From: a virus
Lineage: Duplodnaviria; Caudoviricetes
IMG/VR virus record: IMGVR_UViG_3300025858_000010
Span: 1-64,000 of that record
Reading direction: 5' to 3' (one strand)
DNA: 64,000 bases
Of the stretch, positions 1-11,894 are shown one piece after another. The notes under the pieces were generated by a model. That model was not told where the DNA came from. It saw nothing but the letters and a program-made list of their open reading frames with translations, and made no database searches. How positions within the stretch are numbered: position 1 is the stretch's first letter; each line of letters opens with the position of its first letter. Position numbers and translations under genes: made by a program.

Positions 1-750
1 TAAATCTTTTATTTTTAATGATCTTAAATACTTTTTATATTCGTTAGTGAATCTATTATCAAAACAATATAAATGTCTTAAATTAGTTAAATATTCAATA
101 CCTTCTAAACTAGTTAATTGATTATTAAAACAATATAAATATCTCAAATTTGTTAAATGTTCAATTCCTTCTAAACTAGTTAATAAATTATTAGAACAAT
201 ATAATTCTTTTAAATTCTTTAAATATTCAATACCTTCTAAACTGGTTAATTGATTATAAGAACAATTTAATACCTCTAAATTCGTTAAATGTTCAACGCC
301 TTCTAAATTAGTTAATTCATTATTATTACAGAATAATACTTTTAGATTGGTTAAATGTTCAATACCTTCTAAACTAGTTAATCTATTGTGAGAACAATAT
401 AATATTCTTAAATTAATTAGATTTTCAATACCTTCTAAACTAGTTAATTCATTATTAGAACAATATAATCTTCTTAAATTCGTTAAATGTTCAATTCCTT
501 CTAAACTATTTAATCGATTATTATAACAAATTAATGTTTTTAAATTAGTCAAATGTTCAATACCTTCTAAACTAGTTAATTGATTATTATTACAATATAA
601 TATTTCTATTTGATCTAATGGTTTATTTTGTTTTTTAGATATAGTTATTATTGGAGTATCATTATCGTCGTTCCAATCTTCCTCACCATAAGGATCAATA
701 TCTTGTCTATTTAAATGTTCAAATATTTTAAAATTTATTAAATTGTTCAT
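1..750 (-). CDS. LRR protein, family B (22-aa LTSLEGIEHLTNL repeats, 9 repeats); 3' end runs off the window
   Basis: Not in the ORF track; manual translation MNNLINFKIFEHLNRQDIDPYGEEDW...KTLICYNNRL...NRFTNEYKKYLRSLKIKDL; paralog of 51667/57753/58375. Confidence 0.9.
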   Translation of the reverse strand, partial: MNNLINFKIFEHLNRQDIDPYGEEDWNDDNDTPIITISKKQNKPLDQIEILYCNNNQLTSLEGIEHLTNLKTLICYNNRLNSLEGIEHLTNLRRLYCSNNELTSLEGIENLINLRILYCSHNRLTSLEGIEHLTNLKVLFCNNNELTNLEGVEHLTNLEVLNCSYNQLTSLEGIEYLKNLKELYCSNNLLTSLEGIEHLTNLRYLYCFNNQLTSLEGIEYLTNLRHLYCFDNRFTNEYKKYLRSLKIKDL

Positions 751-810
751 ATTTTGAGTCGTTTTTATTGTTTTTAAATATTTTATCAATATATATTAAT
801 TCAAAATAAT

Positions 811-1464
811 TTATATTTTTTTTTCAAATGGATTATTGAGTGCCAAAATATTATTTATTTTTGGAGCGTCGTCTAAATTTTTCAAAAGATTATTACTACA
901 ATTAAACGTCGTAGCATGAATCGGTCCCCCACTTAAATCTAATAAATTATTATTTGAGCAATTGTATCCTTTAGATACATGTTTTGGTCCACCATGAAGA
1001 TTTTTGAGAAAATTATAACTACAATTAAAATATCCATGTACTATTTTTGGTGAATTTTCTAAAGTCGACAAATTGTTAAAAGAACAATCGAAATTGCTTG
1101 TCGTTCTATTAAATTTAAACGGAATTTTAAATAAATGCTTATAAGACATATTAATTGGACCATATACGTCAACACTAAGATCATCATATATAGTAAATTG
1201 ATCAGTCAGCAAACCACAATCAATTAAAAATGAAGAAATTTCTTGTTTATTATTTAATTCTTTATTTTTATTTAATAATTCATAGATTCTATCAACATCA
1301 GCATCAGAACAATAAAATTTTTGAATTTTTAAATTTATTTTAACCAATTTCATTCTAAACAATTTTATAATATCAATTTTTTTCATATCAATGACCAATC
1401 CACTTGGCAAACTTACAATATATTCCATTCTATTGATGTCACTGTATGATTTTAAATTATCCAT
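811..1464 (-). CDS. LRR-like protein, family C (FxCSxNxLxxLxGxP repeats)
   Basis: 22-aa repeats e.g. FDCSFNNLSTLENSPKIV; N-domain SLPSG shared with the next two ORFs. Confidence 0.8.
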   Translation of the reverse strand: MDNLKSYSDINRMEYIVSLPSGLVIDMKKIDIIKLFRMKLVKINLKIQKFYCSDADVDRIYELLNKNKELNNKQEISSFLIDCGLLTDQFTIYDDLSVDVYGPINMSYKHLFKIPFKFNRTTSNFDCSFNNLSTLENSPKIVHGYFNCSYNFLKNLHGGPKHVSKGYNCSNNNLLDLSGGPIHATTFNCSNNLLKNLDDAPKINNILALNNPFEKKI

Positions 1465-1469
1465 ATTTA

Positions 1470-2231
1470 CTATATTTTTTTATTGAAATCAGAAATTGGT
1501 TTGCCATATCTTATTAACTTAAAACATTTAGGTTGATATTCTAGATTCTTTTTCAAATTATTTCCAGTACAATCAAAAAAACCATTCACTTCTAAAGGAC
1601 CGTTTAATAAATCAGTTAAATTATTGTTTGAACAATCGAAATCTCTTCCTATTATTCTTGGGGATCCCTTCAAACTTATTAATATATTATTACTACAATT
1701 ATATGATTTTCCCACACTAATAGGCCCTCCAAATAAATCTATTAAATTATTTCCACTAACATCAAATTCTCCTTCAACTATTTTAGGACCGCCTTCTAAG
1801 GTGAGAAGATTTGAATTTTTAAATATAAAATCCCCAGTTATACTTTTAAATTGAAATGGGAAATTTTTATAATTATCACCATCAACATAAATAGAACCAA
1901 TAACATCTATTGAGTTATCACTGGAAATTGTATATTTCCTACAATTCTTCTGCTTTTCAAAAAATTTAACAATAGCTTCAATATCAATTACATTTCTTTT
2001 AATCTTATTCAATCTATATAAAATATTATTATAATCATCATCATTAAATATATAAGATATATATTTTTGACTATAAATTATTAATCCTTCCTGTTTTAGA
2101 TTATTAATATTATTATAATCAATTTCTATAATTTGGCCACTCGGCAATCCAATTAAATAATCGACATCTTTAGTCTTTGTAACATCTATAGACTCTGTAA
2201 ACATTTCATAATTAATCATATTCTGTGTCAT
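1470..2231 (-). CDS. LRR-like protein, family C
   Basis: Repeats LEGGPKIVEGEFDVSGNNL; GLPSG N-domain. Confidence 0.8.
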   Translation of the reverse strand: MTQNMINYEMFTESIDVTKTKDVDYLIGLPSGQIIEIDYNNINNLKQEGLIIYSQKYISYIFNDDDYNNILYRLNKIKRNVIDIEAIVKFFEKQKNCRKYTISSDNSIDVIGSIYVDGDNYKNFPFQFKSITGDFIFKNSNLLTLEGGPKIVEGEFDVSGNNLIDLFGGPISVGKSYNCSNNILISLKGSPRIIGRDFDCSNNNLTDLLNGPLEVNGFFDCTGNNLKKNLEYQPKCFKLIRYGKPISDFNKKI

Positions 2232-3078
2232 TTATTTCATTTCCTTCTTTATAAATGATTTTATCACATGTTGGTGCTCCTAGAAGAGATAATAACCTAT
2301 TATAGGTACAATAGAATTTTCCTTTAGCTTTGATGATTCCATTAGATAATGTTACAATTTTATTATGACTACAATCGAAATTCATTACTTCTGTCGGACC
2401 ATTCATCAAATTTGTTAATTCGTTATGAGAAATATCAAATTGAGAAGTATATATTTTTTTTGGAAGTCCTTTTAGTGTTTTTATGTTGTTTTTAGAACAA
2501 TCAAAAATTACACCGCATTTAGATGGATACCCTTCCAAATTTTCTAATTTATTATCTGAACAATAATAACCGGTACTCACAGAGGTAGGTCCACCAATTA
2601 AAGTATAAATTTTATTTAAAGAACAATCAAACATACCTACTACAATATCTGGTGAGTTTATCAATGTTTCTAATTTATTCATGCCGCAATCAAAATTCCC
2701 GTCAACTATATTAAATTTGAAGGGAATTTTCGTGAGTCCGCGTTGAGACATATCAACATCTTCAAATACGTCAACTGATAAATTATCATATATTTTAATA
2801 TTATTTCTGCTGACCCCTAATTTTTCTAAAAATAAATAAATAAAATCTGCTTTTTCTGCGGATTTAGTAGATCTATTTAATATCTTCATTATAGTATTAT
2901 AATTCAAATCTAAAAAAATAAAAGCTCTATATTTATTATCATATTTGAGAATCCTTTGTTTTTTTAACATTACAATTTCATCTTCAGTAACGTCTATAAC
3001 TTCCCCACTTGGGATTCCAAATATATAAGTTGTTATCATATTATCAACAGATTCGAATTTTTTGTATGTTTTTATCAT
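2212..3078 (-). CDS. LRR-like protein, family C
   Basis: Repeats FDCxxNKLxTLxxxP; leader MIKTYKKFES; GIPSG N-domain. Confidence 0.8.
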   Translation of the reverse strand: MIKTYKKFESVDNMITTYIFGIPSGEVIDVTEDEIVMLKKQRILKYDNKYRAFIFLDLNYNTIMKILNRSTKSAEKADFIYLFLEKLGVSRNNIKIYDNLSVDVFEDVDMSQRGLTKIPFKFNIVDGNFDCGMNKLETLINSPDIVVGMFDCSLNKIYTLIGGPTSVSTGYYCSDNKLENLEGYPSKCGVIFDCSKNNIKTLKGLPKKIYTSQFDISHNELTNLMNGPTEVMNFDCSHNKIVTLSNGIIKAKGKFYCTYNRLLSLLGAPTCDKIIYKEGNEINDTEYD

Positions 3079-3118
3079 TTATTTATATTTAATTTTATAA
3101 TTATGTTTTCAAACAATT

Positions 3119-3634
3119 TCATAAGTTATATTTTTTTGCAGCTAATCTTTCTGGATATTTATTATAGTACCATTTCCAATAACCGTTTAAATCTTTATAA
3201 GGTAATTTATTGTATCCACAATCCAAACAAACTAATGTTTCTGGCAATTCTGGTAATTCAGTTAAATTATTATTAAAACAATATAATTCTTTTAATGTAT
3301 CCGGCAATCCAGGTAATTCAGTTAATTTATTATTATAGCAATATAATATTTTTAATGTTTTAGGTAATTCAGGTAATTCAGTTAAATTATTATTATAACA
3401 CCATAATATTTCTAATGTTTCTGGTAATTTAGGCAATTCCGTTAATTTATTATTAGAACAATATAATATTTTTAATGTTTCTGGTAATTCTGGTAATTCA
3501 GTTAATTTATTATTATAACAATATAATATTTTTAATGTATCCGGCAATCCAGGTAATTCAGTTAAATTTCTACCGGATAAATCCAATTCAGTAATTACGT
3601 TTTCAAATAATTGATATTTTTTAATATATTTCAT
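3119..3634 (-). CDS. LRR protein, family A (20-aa LTELPELPETL repeats, YopM/IpaH-like class)
   Basis: 7 repeats; leader MKYIKKYQLFE; C-cap YWKWYYNKYPERLAAKKYNL. Confidence 0.9.
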   Translation of the reverse strand: MKYIKKYQLFENVITELDLSGRNLTELPGLPDTLKILYCYNNKLTELPELPETLKILYCSNNKLTELPKLPETLEILWCYNNNLTELPELPKTLKILYCYNNKLTELPGLPDTLKELYCFNNNLTELPELPETLVCLDCGYNKLPYKDLNGYWKWYYNKYPERLAAKKYNL

Positions 3635-4206
3635 AAGTTATATTTTTTTGCAGCTAATCTTTCTGGATATTTATTATAGTACCATTTCCAATAAGATTTT
3701 AAATCATTATAAGGCAATTTATTACATTCACAATTCAAGTATTTTAATGTTTCTGGTAATTCTGGTAATTCAGTTAAATTATTATTATAACAATATAATT
3801 CTTTTAATGTATCCGGCAATCCAGGTAATTCAGTTAATTTATTATTATAGCAATATAATATTTTTAATATTTTAGGTAATTCAGGTAATTCAGTTAAATT
3901 ATTATTATAACACCATAATATTTCTAATGTTTCTGGTAATTTAGGCAATTCCGTTAATTTATTATTAGAACAATATAATTCAATCAGTGAATCATGTAAT
4001 TCAGGTAATTCCGTTAATATATTATTAGAACAATATAATCCTTTTAATGTATCTGGTAATTCTGGTAATTCAGTTAATTTATTGTTATGACAATATAATT
4101 CTTCTAATGTATCTGGTAATTCAGGTAATTCAGTTAAATTCTGATTAGATAAATTTAATTCAGTAATTACCTTATCGAATAATTGATATTTCTTAATATA
4201 TTTCAT
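3631..4206 (-). CDS. LRR protein, family A
   Basis: 8 repeats; same leader and C-cap; ATGA overlap with 3119..3634. Confidence 0.9.
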   Translation of the reverse strand: MKYIKKYQLFDKVITELNLSNQNLTELPELPDTLEELYCHNNKLTELPELPDTLKGLYCSNNILTELPELHDSLIELYCSNNKLTELPKLPETLEILWCYNNNLTELPELPKILKILYCYNNKLTELPGLPDTLKELYCYNNNLTELPELPETLKYLNCECNKLPYNDLKSYWKWYYNKYPERLAAKKYNL

Positions 4207-4285
4207 AAGTTATATTTTTTATCTTATATATAAAAATCATAAAATAAAATTTATATATAAGATAAAGAAAAAAATTGAAAATAAT

Positions 4286-6366
<2,081 letters not shown>

Positions 6367-6390
6367 TTAAACAAATTGTTTAATTTAAAT

Positions 6391-6708
6391 CTAAGATTTA
6401 TAAAAACATTTAGTGTCTTCTATAGTCTTTATTAATTCTTTTAATCTACTATCGTTTGAAGTTAATAATATTATATTTTTATTTCCATTACATTTTTGTA
6501 AATTGACGATTAGGGTATCTATCGAATAGTCTTGTTTATATTCGAATAATTTAAAAATAATATCTATTGTATCATTTATTTTGTAAGTATATACATATAC
6601 CGAATGTGTTAAAAGCGTTTTCTTCGACCACAAATATGATTGACTATTAATAGTATCTTTAATTAGTCTATCTATGACTAAATCCTCTGTTATATTTTTA
6701 TTAATCAT
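6391..6708 (-). CDS. Hypothetical protein (similar in style to 20236..20550)
   Basis: ORF with a late-promoter-like motif at ~6717; LIKDT...W pattern. Confidence 0.6.
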   Translation of the reverse strand: MINKNITEDLVIDRLIKDTINSQSYLWSKKTLLTHSVYVYTYKINDTIDIIFKLFEYKQDYSIDTLIVNLQKCNGNKNIILLTSNDSRLKELIKTIEDTKCFYKS

Positions 6709-6736
6709 TGAACAAGTATATATAAAAATAATTATA

Positions 6737-8542
6737 TTAAAAATTAATTTGATATTTTAAATGACCTGAGTCATAGATTCTAAATATCCCTTTTTCTAAC
6801 ATTATTTCGTGTTCTGTTTTATTCGGATCGGCTCCATTTTTAACCAAAATATCTTTTCTAAATCCAAATCTATGTTTTCTGTGTATTTTATCTATGATAT
6901 AATAATAGTTTGGATTAGTTTTATGAATTAATCGAAATCCAAGTTTTTCATACAAGTTTCCATTAGACCAACTTCTATCCGCGTAACTTATAATCTCATC
7001 AGGATTATAATTATCAATAAAATATTTGAATAAACGACTGGCACCACCTACCACATTAGTATTCAATTTGTTACAAAATCTTAACATCTCATAGGTTTTT
7101 TCTTTTGATTTTTGACCCATTGCTTTTCTATATGAACCAAATGTCATGATACTTATTAAGTCGTTTTTATAAAACAATCCAATTTTTACTTTCGATCCGA
7201 CAAATCCTTGAAGATGATTATTTTCAAGAAATTCTCTGATTAATTTATTATCGCTTATCTCTTTTATTTCACAATTCCTAGCATATATTTTATTTGATCG
7301 ATTAAGAAGATTCAATATTCTAGATTTAACTATATTTTGTTTATATATCCAATCATCTTCATATATATGAATTAATTTTATGCCTAATTTTTCAGATATT
7401 TCTGTTTTATTCCAATGATAATTATTTTCTTTTTGAGCTTCCGAATGCCAATATAATCCATTAAATTCAAACCCCAATTTTAATTCCGGCAAATATATAT
7501 CTATTTCATATGGATCTATAATTTTTTCGTTTTCAATAATTTCACCAACATAATTATTTTTTATAAAAATAGATAATTGATTTTCTAAACCAGATATATG
7601 TTTTTCTATTGGATTACAAATTGTGCATATCGACGTTTTCGAAGAATTTCTTTGTATCAAATTAACAAACGGTATTTCAAATATATGTTTTTGTTCGCAT
7701 TCAAAGGTGTAATATTTTTCATTATCATTTATGGATATGTATTTTATATTTTGATTTTCTTCTAATACTTTATTTAACCATTTTTTCTTTTTGTTTTCTT
7801 TCATCTTCGATATCATATCATCTGTCATTATTCCAAAAGAAACTCCGTATTTATCAAAATAATTTTTCTTAGATTTCTCCTTAACCCAATCCAATTTAAA
7901 AACATTATCAACACCATATTTTTCCATCATCGTTTTTTTCTGTTTATCTTTGACTATTTCACTCTTAGAAGACCAATCAACACCATAATTTTTATTGAAT
8001 GTTTTTATCATTTTTTCTTTTACCATTTCACTTTTAAAAGCATTATCAACACCGTATTTTTCAATTAAAGTGATTTTTATTTTATCTTGAATAGATTCAT
8101 TTTTAAATGGAGTAACTTCACCGTACTTTTCAATATTAGTTTTTTTAATTTTTTCTTTCACTTCATTATTTTGAGTGAAATGTTCACAACCATAATTCTT
8201 TAAAGATGTTTTTAAAACTCTATCTTTATATTCTTTTGTCTGTGTGTAATATTCAGAACCAAATTTTTCAAAATTGGTCTTTTTTACTTTTTCCTGTGCA
8301 CATCCACTAGAACAAGCATAAAAACCACCATTCTTAATATTTTTTATGTATTTTTGAAATAATATTTTCTTTACATTACCACAAATATCACACTTAACAT
8401 CTATTAATAAATGACTACCATGATTTATATCCATCGTAGACACTTCAATGACATCTTTCAATTCACCATCATATCCAAGAGATTTGAAATGTTCTATATT
8501 TTTTTTCGATAATTTTATTTTAGTTATTTCATTTAATAACAT
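6737..8542 (-). CDS. Free-standing homing endonuclease (Zn-finger, KTxxEKYGV repeats, PD-(D/E)xK/Vsr-like nuclease, Hef-like C-domain)
   Basis: EIDIYLPELKLGFEFNGLYWH; ARNCEIKEI...HLQG...SYADRSWS; paralog of 62550..63887. Confidence 0.75.
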   Translation of the reverse strand: MLLNEITKIKLSKKNIEHFKSLGYDGELKDVIEVSTMDINHGSHLLIDVKCDICGNVKKILFQKYIKNIKNGGFYACSSGCAQEKVKKTNFEKFGSEYYTQTKEYKDRVLKTSLKNYGCEHFTQNNEVKEKIKKTNIEKYGEVTPFKNESIQDKIKITLIEKYGVDNAFKSEMVKEKMIKTFNKNYGVDWSSKSEIVKDKQKKTMMEKYGVDNVFKLDWVKEKSKKNYFDKYGVSFGIMTDDMISKMKENKKKKWLNKVLEENQNIKYISINDNEKYYTFECEQKHIFEIPFVNLIQRNSSKTSICTICNPIEKHISGLENQLSIFIKNNYVGEIIENEKIIDPYEIDIYLPELKLGFEFNGLYWHSEAQKENNYHWNKTEISEKLGIKLIHIYEDDWIYKQNIVKSRILNLLNRSNKIYARNCEIKEISDNKLIREFLENNHLQGFVGSKVKIGLFYKNDLISIMTFGSYRKAMGQKSKEKTYEMLRFCNKLNTNVVGGASRLFKYFIDNYNPDEIISYADRSWSNGNLYEKLGFRLIHKTNPNYYYIIDKIHRKHRFGFRKDILVKNGADPNKTEHEIMLEKGIFRIYDSGHLKYQINF

Positions 8543-8652
8543 ATAATATCTTACTTTGAACCATATATATTAAGTGGTACGATCATTAGTATATAATAAA
8601 ATATATAAAATGTTTTTTTTTTGAATATTATTTTTTAATATATAAAGTAATT

Positions 8653-10050
8653 ATGGATAAATTTAGTAATAAATACATTGGTTATTTTGATATTTTAAAA
8701 AAATCTATTGTCGGTTTTGAATTCGAATTTTATACTGACAAATCATATTATAAACTACTTGAATTATTAAACAGAGAATTATCACCAATAAAAATATGGG
8801 GGCGTAGGAAATATCATTCCGATATGGAAGTCGATGAATATAATTTTAAAATAGAACCGGATTTGAGTATGGGACCAGATGGTGTTGAATTAATAACAGG
8901 TCCAATGCCTTATAATAATGCTAAACTTATTTTATTGAAAATTTTAAGCATTTTACAAAAATATGCTAAAACGGATGATAAAACTTCTATTCACATAAAT
9001 ATATCCTTTGATAAAGACTTAACTGATAAAATATTAGATAAATTAAATAGATTAAAATTAATTCTAAATTGCGATGAAGAATTAATATATAAATATTTTC
9101 CGACAAGAAAGAACAACTTTTATGCAAAAAGCGTAAAAAAACTCATTCCATTTAAGGGATATAATTATGTTAGTGATGCTATTAATATTTTAATTGAAAA
9201 TATACAATTACCAGATACTAAATATTATGGGGTTAATATTAAAGAAGCATATAATGGTAGATTAGAGTTTAGATATATTGGAGATACTGATTATCAATTT
9301 AAATCAAGAGAAATAATTGAATTGATGGATTATTTTATTTCTTTAACATGGAACAGCATAGATGAAAAATTAGATGAAGATGATATGTCAATATTAAGAA
9401 AATATCTTGATGATAATATAAATAACTTTAAAAATTTTTCAAGACTAGAAAATTTTATTGCTGAATTTCCGACTATTCAATTGGAAATTGATAAAGAAGA
9501 TGGATTTGTAATAGTCAAATCTTATTATTCAAACATATACAGCAAGATTTACGATATAATTAAAAATATTAACAATTTAAATAACTGTATATTAAATTAC
9601 GATACAGAAACCAAAATGATGGAAATTGTGGACGCGGATTTTCATACAATTTTTGATTTAAATAATTTAGCGGTTATTGATAGCAATGCAAATGGAGGAA
9701 CATATAAAGATTGCACATTTATAAATTGCGAAATTAAAAACGCTCATATACACAATTGTAAATTCATTAGTTGTGACGTTTATAATTGTAAAATGGAAAA
9801 TAATATTGTAGATCAGACGAGTATGATAAAAAATTGTTATTTTTATGGTGGTGTCCTTGATGGCGAAATGATAGGAGGTGTTTGGAGATCTGGTAAAGTC
9901 GGAGAGTTTGGCACTTTATCCGATACAACTAAAATTGCGACAGACATGGATAGTTATTTCAATACTAAAATTGATAATGAAGAAGAACCATTAAATAAAG
10001 ATAATTTCAAATCAAAAAAAATAAATCCCTTTCAACCAAGGAAATTTTAA
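8653..10050 (+). CDS. Putative amidoligase with beta-solenoid-like C-terminus
   Basis: GFEFEF, ELITGPM, SIHINIS, KYYGVN, LEFR motifs of the phage amidoligase family. Confidence 0.7.
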   Translation: MDKFSNKYIGYFDILKKSIVGFEFEFYTDKSYYKLLELLNRELSPIKIWGRRKYHSDMEVDEYNFKIEPDLSMGPDGVELITGPMPYNNAKLILLKILSILQKYAKTDDKTSIHINISFDKDLTDKILDKLNRLKLILNCDEELIYKYFPTRKNNFYAKSVKKLIPFKGYNYVSDAINILIENIQLPDTKYYGVNIKEAYNGRLEFRYIGDTDYQFKSREIIELMDYFISLTWNSIDEKLDEDDMSILRKYLDDNINNFKNFSRLENFIAEFPTIQLEIDKEDGFVIVKSYYSNIYSKIYDIIKNINNLNNCILNYDTETKMMEIVDADFHTIFDLNNLAVIDSNANGGTYKDCTFINCEIKNAHIHNCKFISCDVYNCKMENNIVDQTSMIKNCYFYGGVLDGEMIGGVWRSGKVGEFGTLSDTTKIATDMDSYFNTKIDNEEEPLNKDNFKSKKINPFQPRKF

Positions 10051-10052
10051 TT

Positions 10053-10283
10053 ATGAACGATAATACTAAGAAAAGTAGAATAAGAAGACTTGTCAAAAAA
10101 TCAGCTTTTATTGAATTATTTGGTGGTGAATGTGAAAAATGTGGTGAAAAAGATCATTTCTTATTAAGTTTCCATCACATGGATCCTAGTAAGAAACTTT
10201 TTAATTCATCTCAATTATGGGACTGTTTGCCATCTTTTTCGGATTTTATAAATAAATTCTTTATGACAAAATCCTTAGAGTGA
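10053..10283 (+). pseudogene. Truncated HNH endonuclease
   Basis: GGECEKCG...LSFHHMDPSKK; the frame then runs into the antisense strand of the DUF4186 relic. Confidence 0.6.
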
Positions 10284-10396
10284 CTTCTTATAGTTTCAAT
10301 ACCTTTATTTTCAATATATTTCTTATCCTTATCAGATAAATGAAATTTAGATCTGAATTTTGATTTAGATAAATTATATTCTAATGAGTAATTCAT
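10211..10396 (-). pseudogene. Truncated DUF4186-family protein
   Basis: LSKSKFRSKFHLSDKDKKYIENKGIETIRSH...DGKQ resembles the DUF4186 N-half; C-half absent. Confidence 0.6.
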
Positions 10397-10539
10397 TTTT
10401 CAACATAAATATTTGTTAATCTTCTATAGACGCATTTATTTTTTCCGCCAGCATCTGGTTTAATTACCAACTTAAATTCGTATTTAGATGTGAATTCACT
10501 AAAAGTATATGCCATATCGTCTATAAATTTTCCATTTTT

Positions 10540-10656
10540 ATGAAAAACAATGTGCCTTATTCTATGCAAGATGGAGATATGGAAAAAGACCCAAATTCGG
10601 TTACAGATGCAGCAAAAGCAATCGTAAATATGTTAAAGGAACGAGGATTGATTTAA
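10540..10656 (+). CDS. Short ORF, probably the 3' remnant of a cassette
   Basis: MKNNVPYSMQDGDMEKDPNSVTDAAKAIVNMLKERGLI; stop 10 nt before the first attC-like site. Confidence 0.4.
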   Translation: MKNNVPYSMQDGDMEKDPNSVTDAAKAIVNMLKERGLI

Positions 10657-10666
10657 ATTTTATTAT

Positions 10667-10721
10667 CACTAACGGTTGAGTGTAAAAAATCGTTTTTAAT
10701 GTTTTTTACACTTTGTTATAC
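10667..10721 (+). repeat. attC-like site 1
   Basis: CACTAAC-GGTTG-AGTGTAAAAAA-loop TCGTTTTTAATG-TTTTTTACACT-TT-GTTATAC (perfect 11-bp arms). Confidence 0.8.
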
Positions 10722-10787
10722 ACAGTATTTTGTGGGAGGTTTTGGAATAAAAATTAATTCTGAATATTTATATATAAAGACAAAATT

Positions 10788-11084
10788 ATGAGTAAAGAAA
10801 TGAGAAAATACATAGATACATTCAAAAAATTTAATTTGAATGAAAATAAATCGTTAGAAATAAAATATAGAATTGTGTCAGATTATGGTCATGGTGATAA
10901 ATCATGGATTGAAAGGGATTTAACTAAAGATGAAGTTAAAGAATATTTTGTAAAATATCGTGGTTGGTCTGAACAAGATTTTGATGAAGTTGGTATTGAT
11001 TATTTTATGAATAACGATTTCACACATTACGTTGAAATTGATAACGTTAATGATGTAGAAGATTGGAATTGGGAGGATTCTTAA
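10788..11084 (+). CDS. Cassette ORF 1, hypothetical
   Basis: Flanked by GTTATACACAGTATTTT and AAAATATTGTGTATAAC; leader MSKEMR..ID.FKKF.LNE. Confidence 0.8.
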   Translation: MSKEMRKYIDTFKKFNLNENKSLEIKYRIVSDYGHGDKSWIERDLTKDEVKEYFVKYRGWSEQDFDEVGIDYFMNNDFTHYVEIDNVNDVEDWNWEDS

Positions 11085-11093
11085 AAATATTGT

Positions 11094-11147
11094 GTATAAC
11101 GGTTGCAAATATGTTGTCGTTTTAATGCAACATATTTGATGTTATAC
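11094..11147 (+). repeat. attC-like site 2
   Basis: GTATAAC-GGTTG-CAAATATGTTG-loop TCGTTTTAATG-CAACATATTTG-AT-GTTATAC. Confidence 0.85.
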
Positions 11148-11256
11148 ACAGTACGGATTATTAAGGTAGAATGTTGATACGAAAAAACGAATAAAAACTT
11201 TCTAAAAATGTGCTGTAGAAAATTAAATTCCGAATATTTATATATAAATTAAAAAC

Positions 11257-11703
11257 ATGTGTAAAGAAATGAGAGAACAAATAGATAGAGTAAAAAACTG
11301 GAAACAGTTTTTGAACGAAAATAAATTAAACGAAGATGTTGAAATTAATAAAGATTATGTCAATAATTTTTTAAATGATTTTGGTTTTTTAATTACTCTA
11401 AATTTATCACAAGTAACAAAAATGGGCATTGATTCCAACTCAACAAACGAATTAACTAATATGATGATGAATTTGAGAAAACCAATAATTAATGGGTTAA
11501 ATTATATTGAACTAACAAAAGATACTAATAGTTTATATAATAAACCAAAATTATTGTCTGAAATATTAAATAAGATAAGAGAATTTTTAATTTATATTGA
11601 ACCAAGAATAAGTAAATTCGTAAAAGATAGTGAATATAAAATTAAATGGTTAGAAAAAATAGAAGATTTAAAAAATAGATATAAAAATATTATTTCTAAA
11701 TAG
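11257..11703 (+). CDS. Cassette ORF 2, hypothetical
   Basis: Flanked by GTTATACACAGTAC and GTATTGTGTATAAC; leader MCKEMR..ID.VKNWKQFLNE. Confidence 0.8.
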   Translation: MCKEMREQIDRVKNWKQFLNENKLNEDVEINKDYVNNFLNDFGFLITLNLSQVTKMGIDSNSTNELTNMMMNLRKPIINGLNYIELTKDTNSLYNKPKLLSEILNKIREFLIYIEPRISKFVKDSEYKIKWLEKIEDLKNRYKNIISK

Positions 11704-11762
11704 GGAGATTTTTAAAAAGTTTTTTACACAGAACTATAATTGAAATGATAATGTAGTATTGT

Positions 11763-11894
11763 GTATAACGTTTCTCAGATATATTTAGTTCTGAGATTTA
11801 ATATATAAACTTAAAATAACGAACAAAATTATGGAAAAGAACAGAATTAAGAGATTTAACGAAAACTCAGAATTGAATATATCTGATGTTATGA
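11763..11894 (+). repeat. attC-like site 3 (long; loop holds a promoter and start codon)
   Basis: GTATAAC...TCAGATATATTTAGTTCTGAG (11775-11795) pairs with CTCAGAATTGAATATATCTGA (11866-11886), then T-GTTATGA. Confidence 0.8.

Noticed and set aside
9169-9181. GTTAGTGATGCTA as the missing left end matching attC-like site 1
   Set aside because: 11/13 match, but it lies inside the intact amidoligase CDS 1.5 kb away with no hairpin; likely chance.
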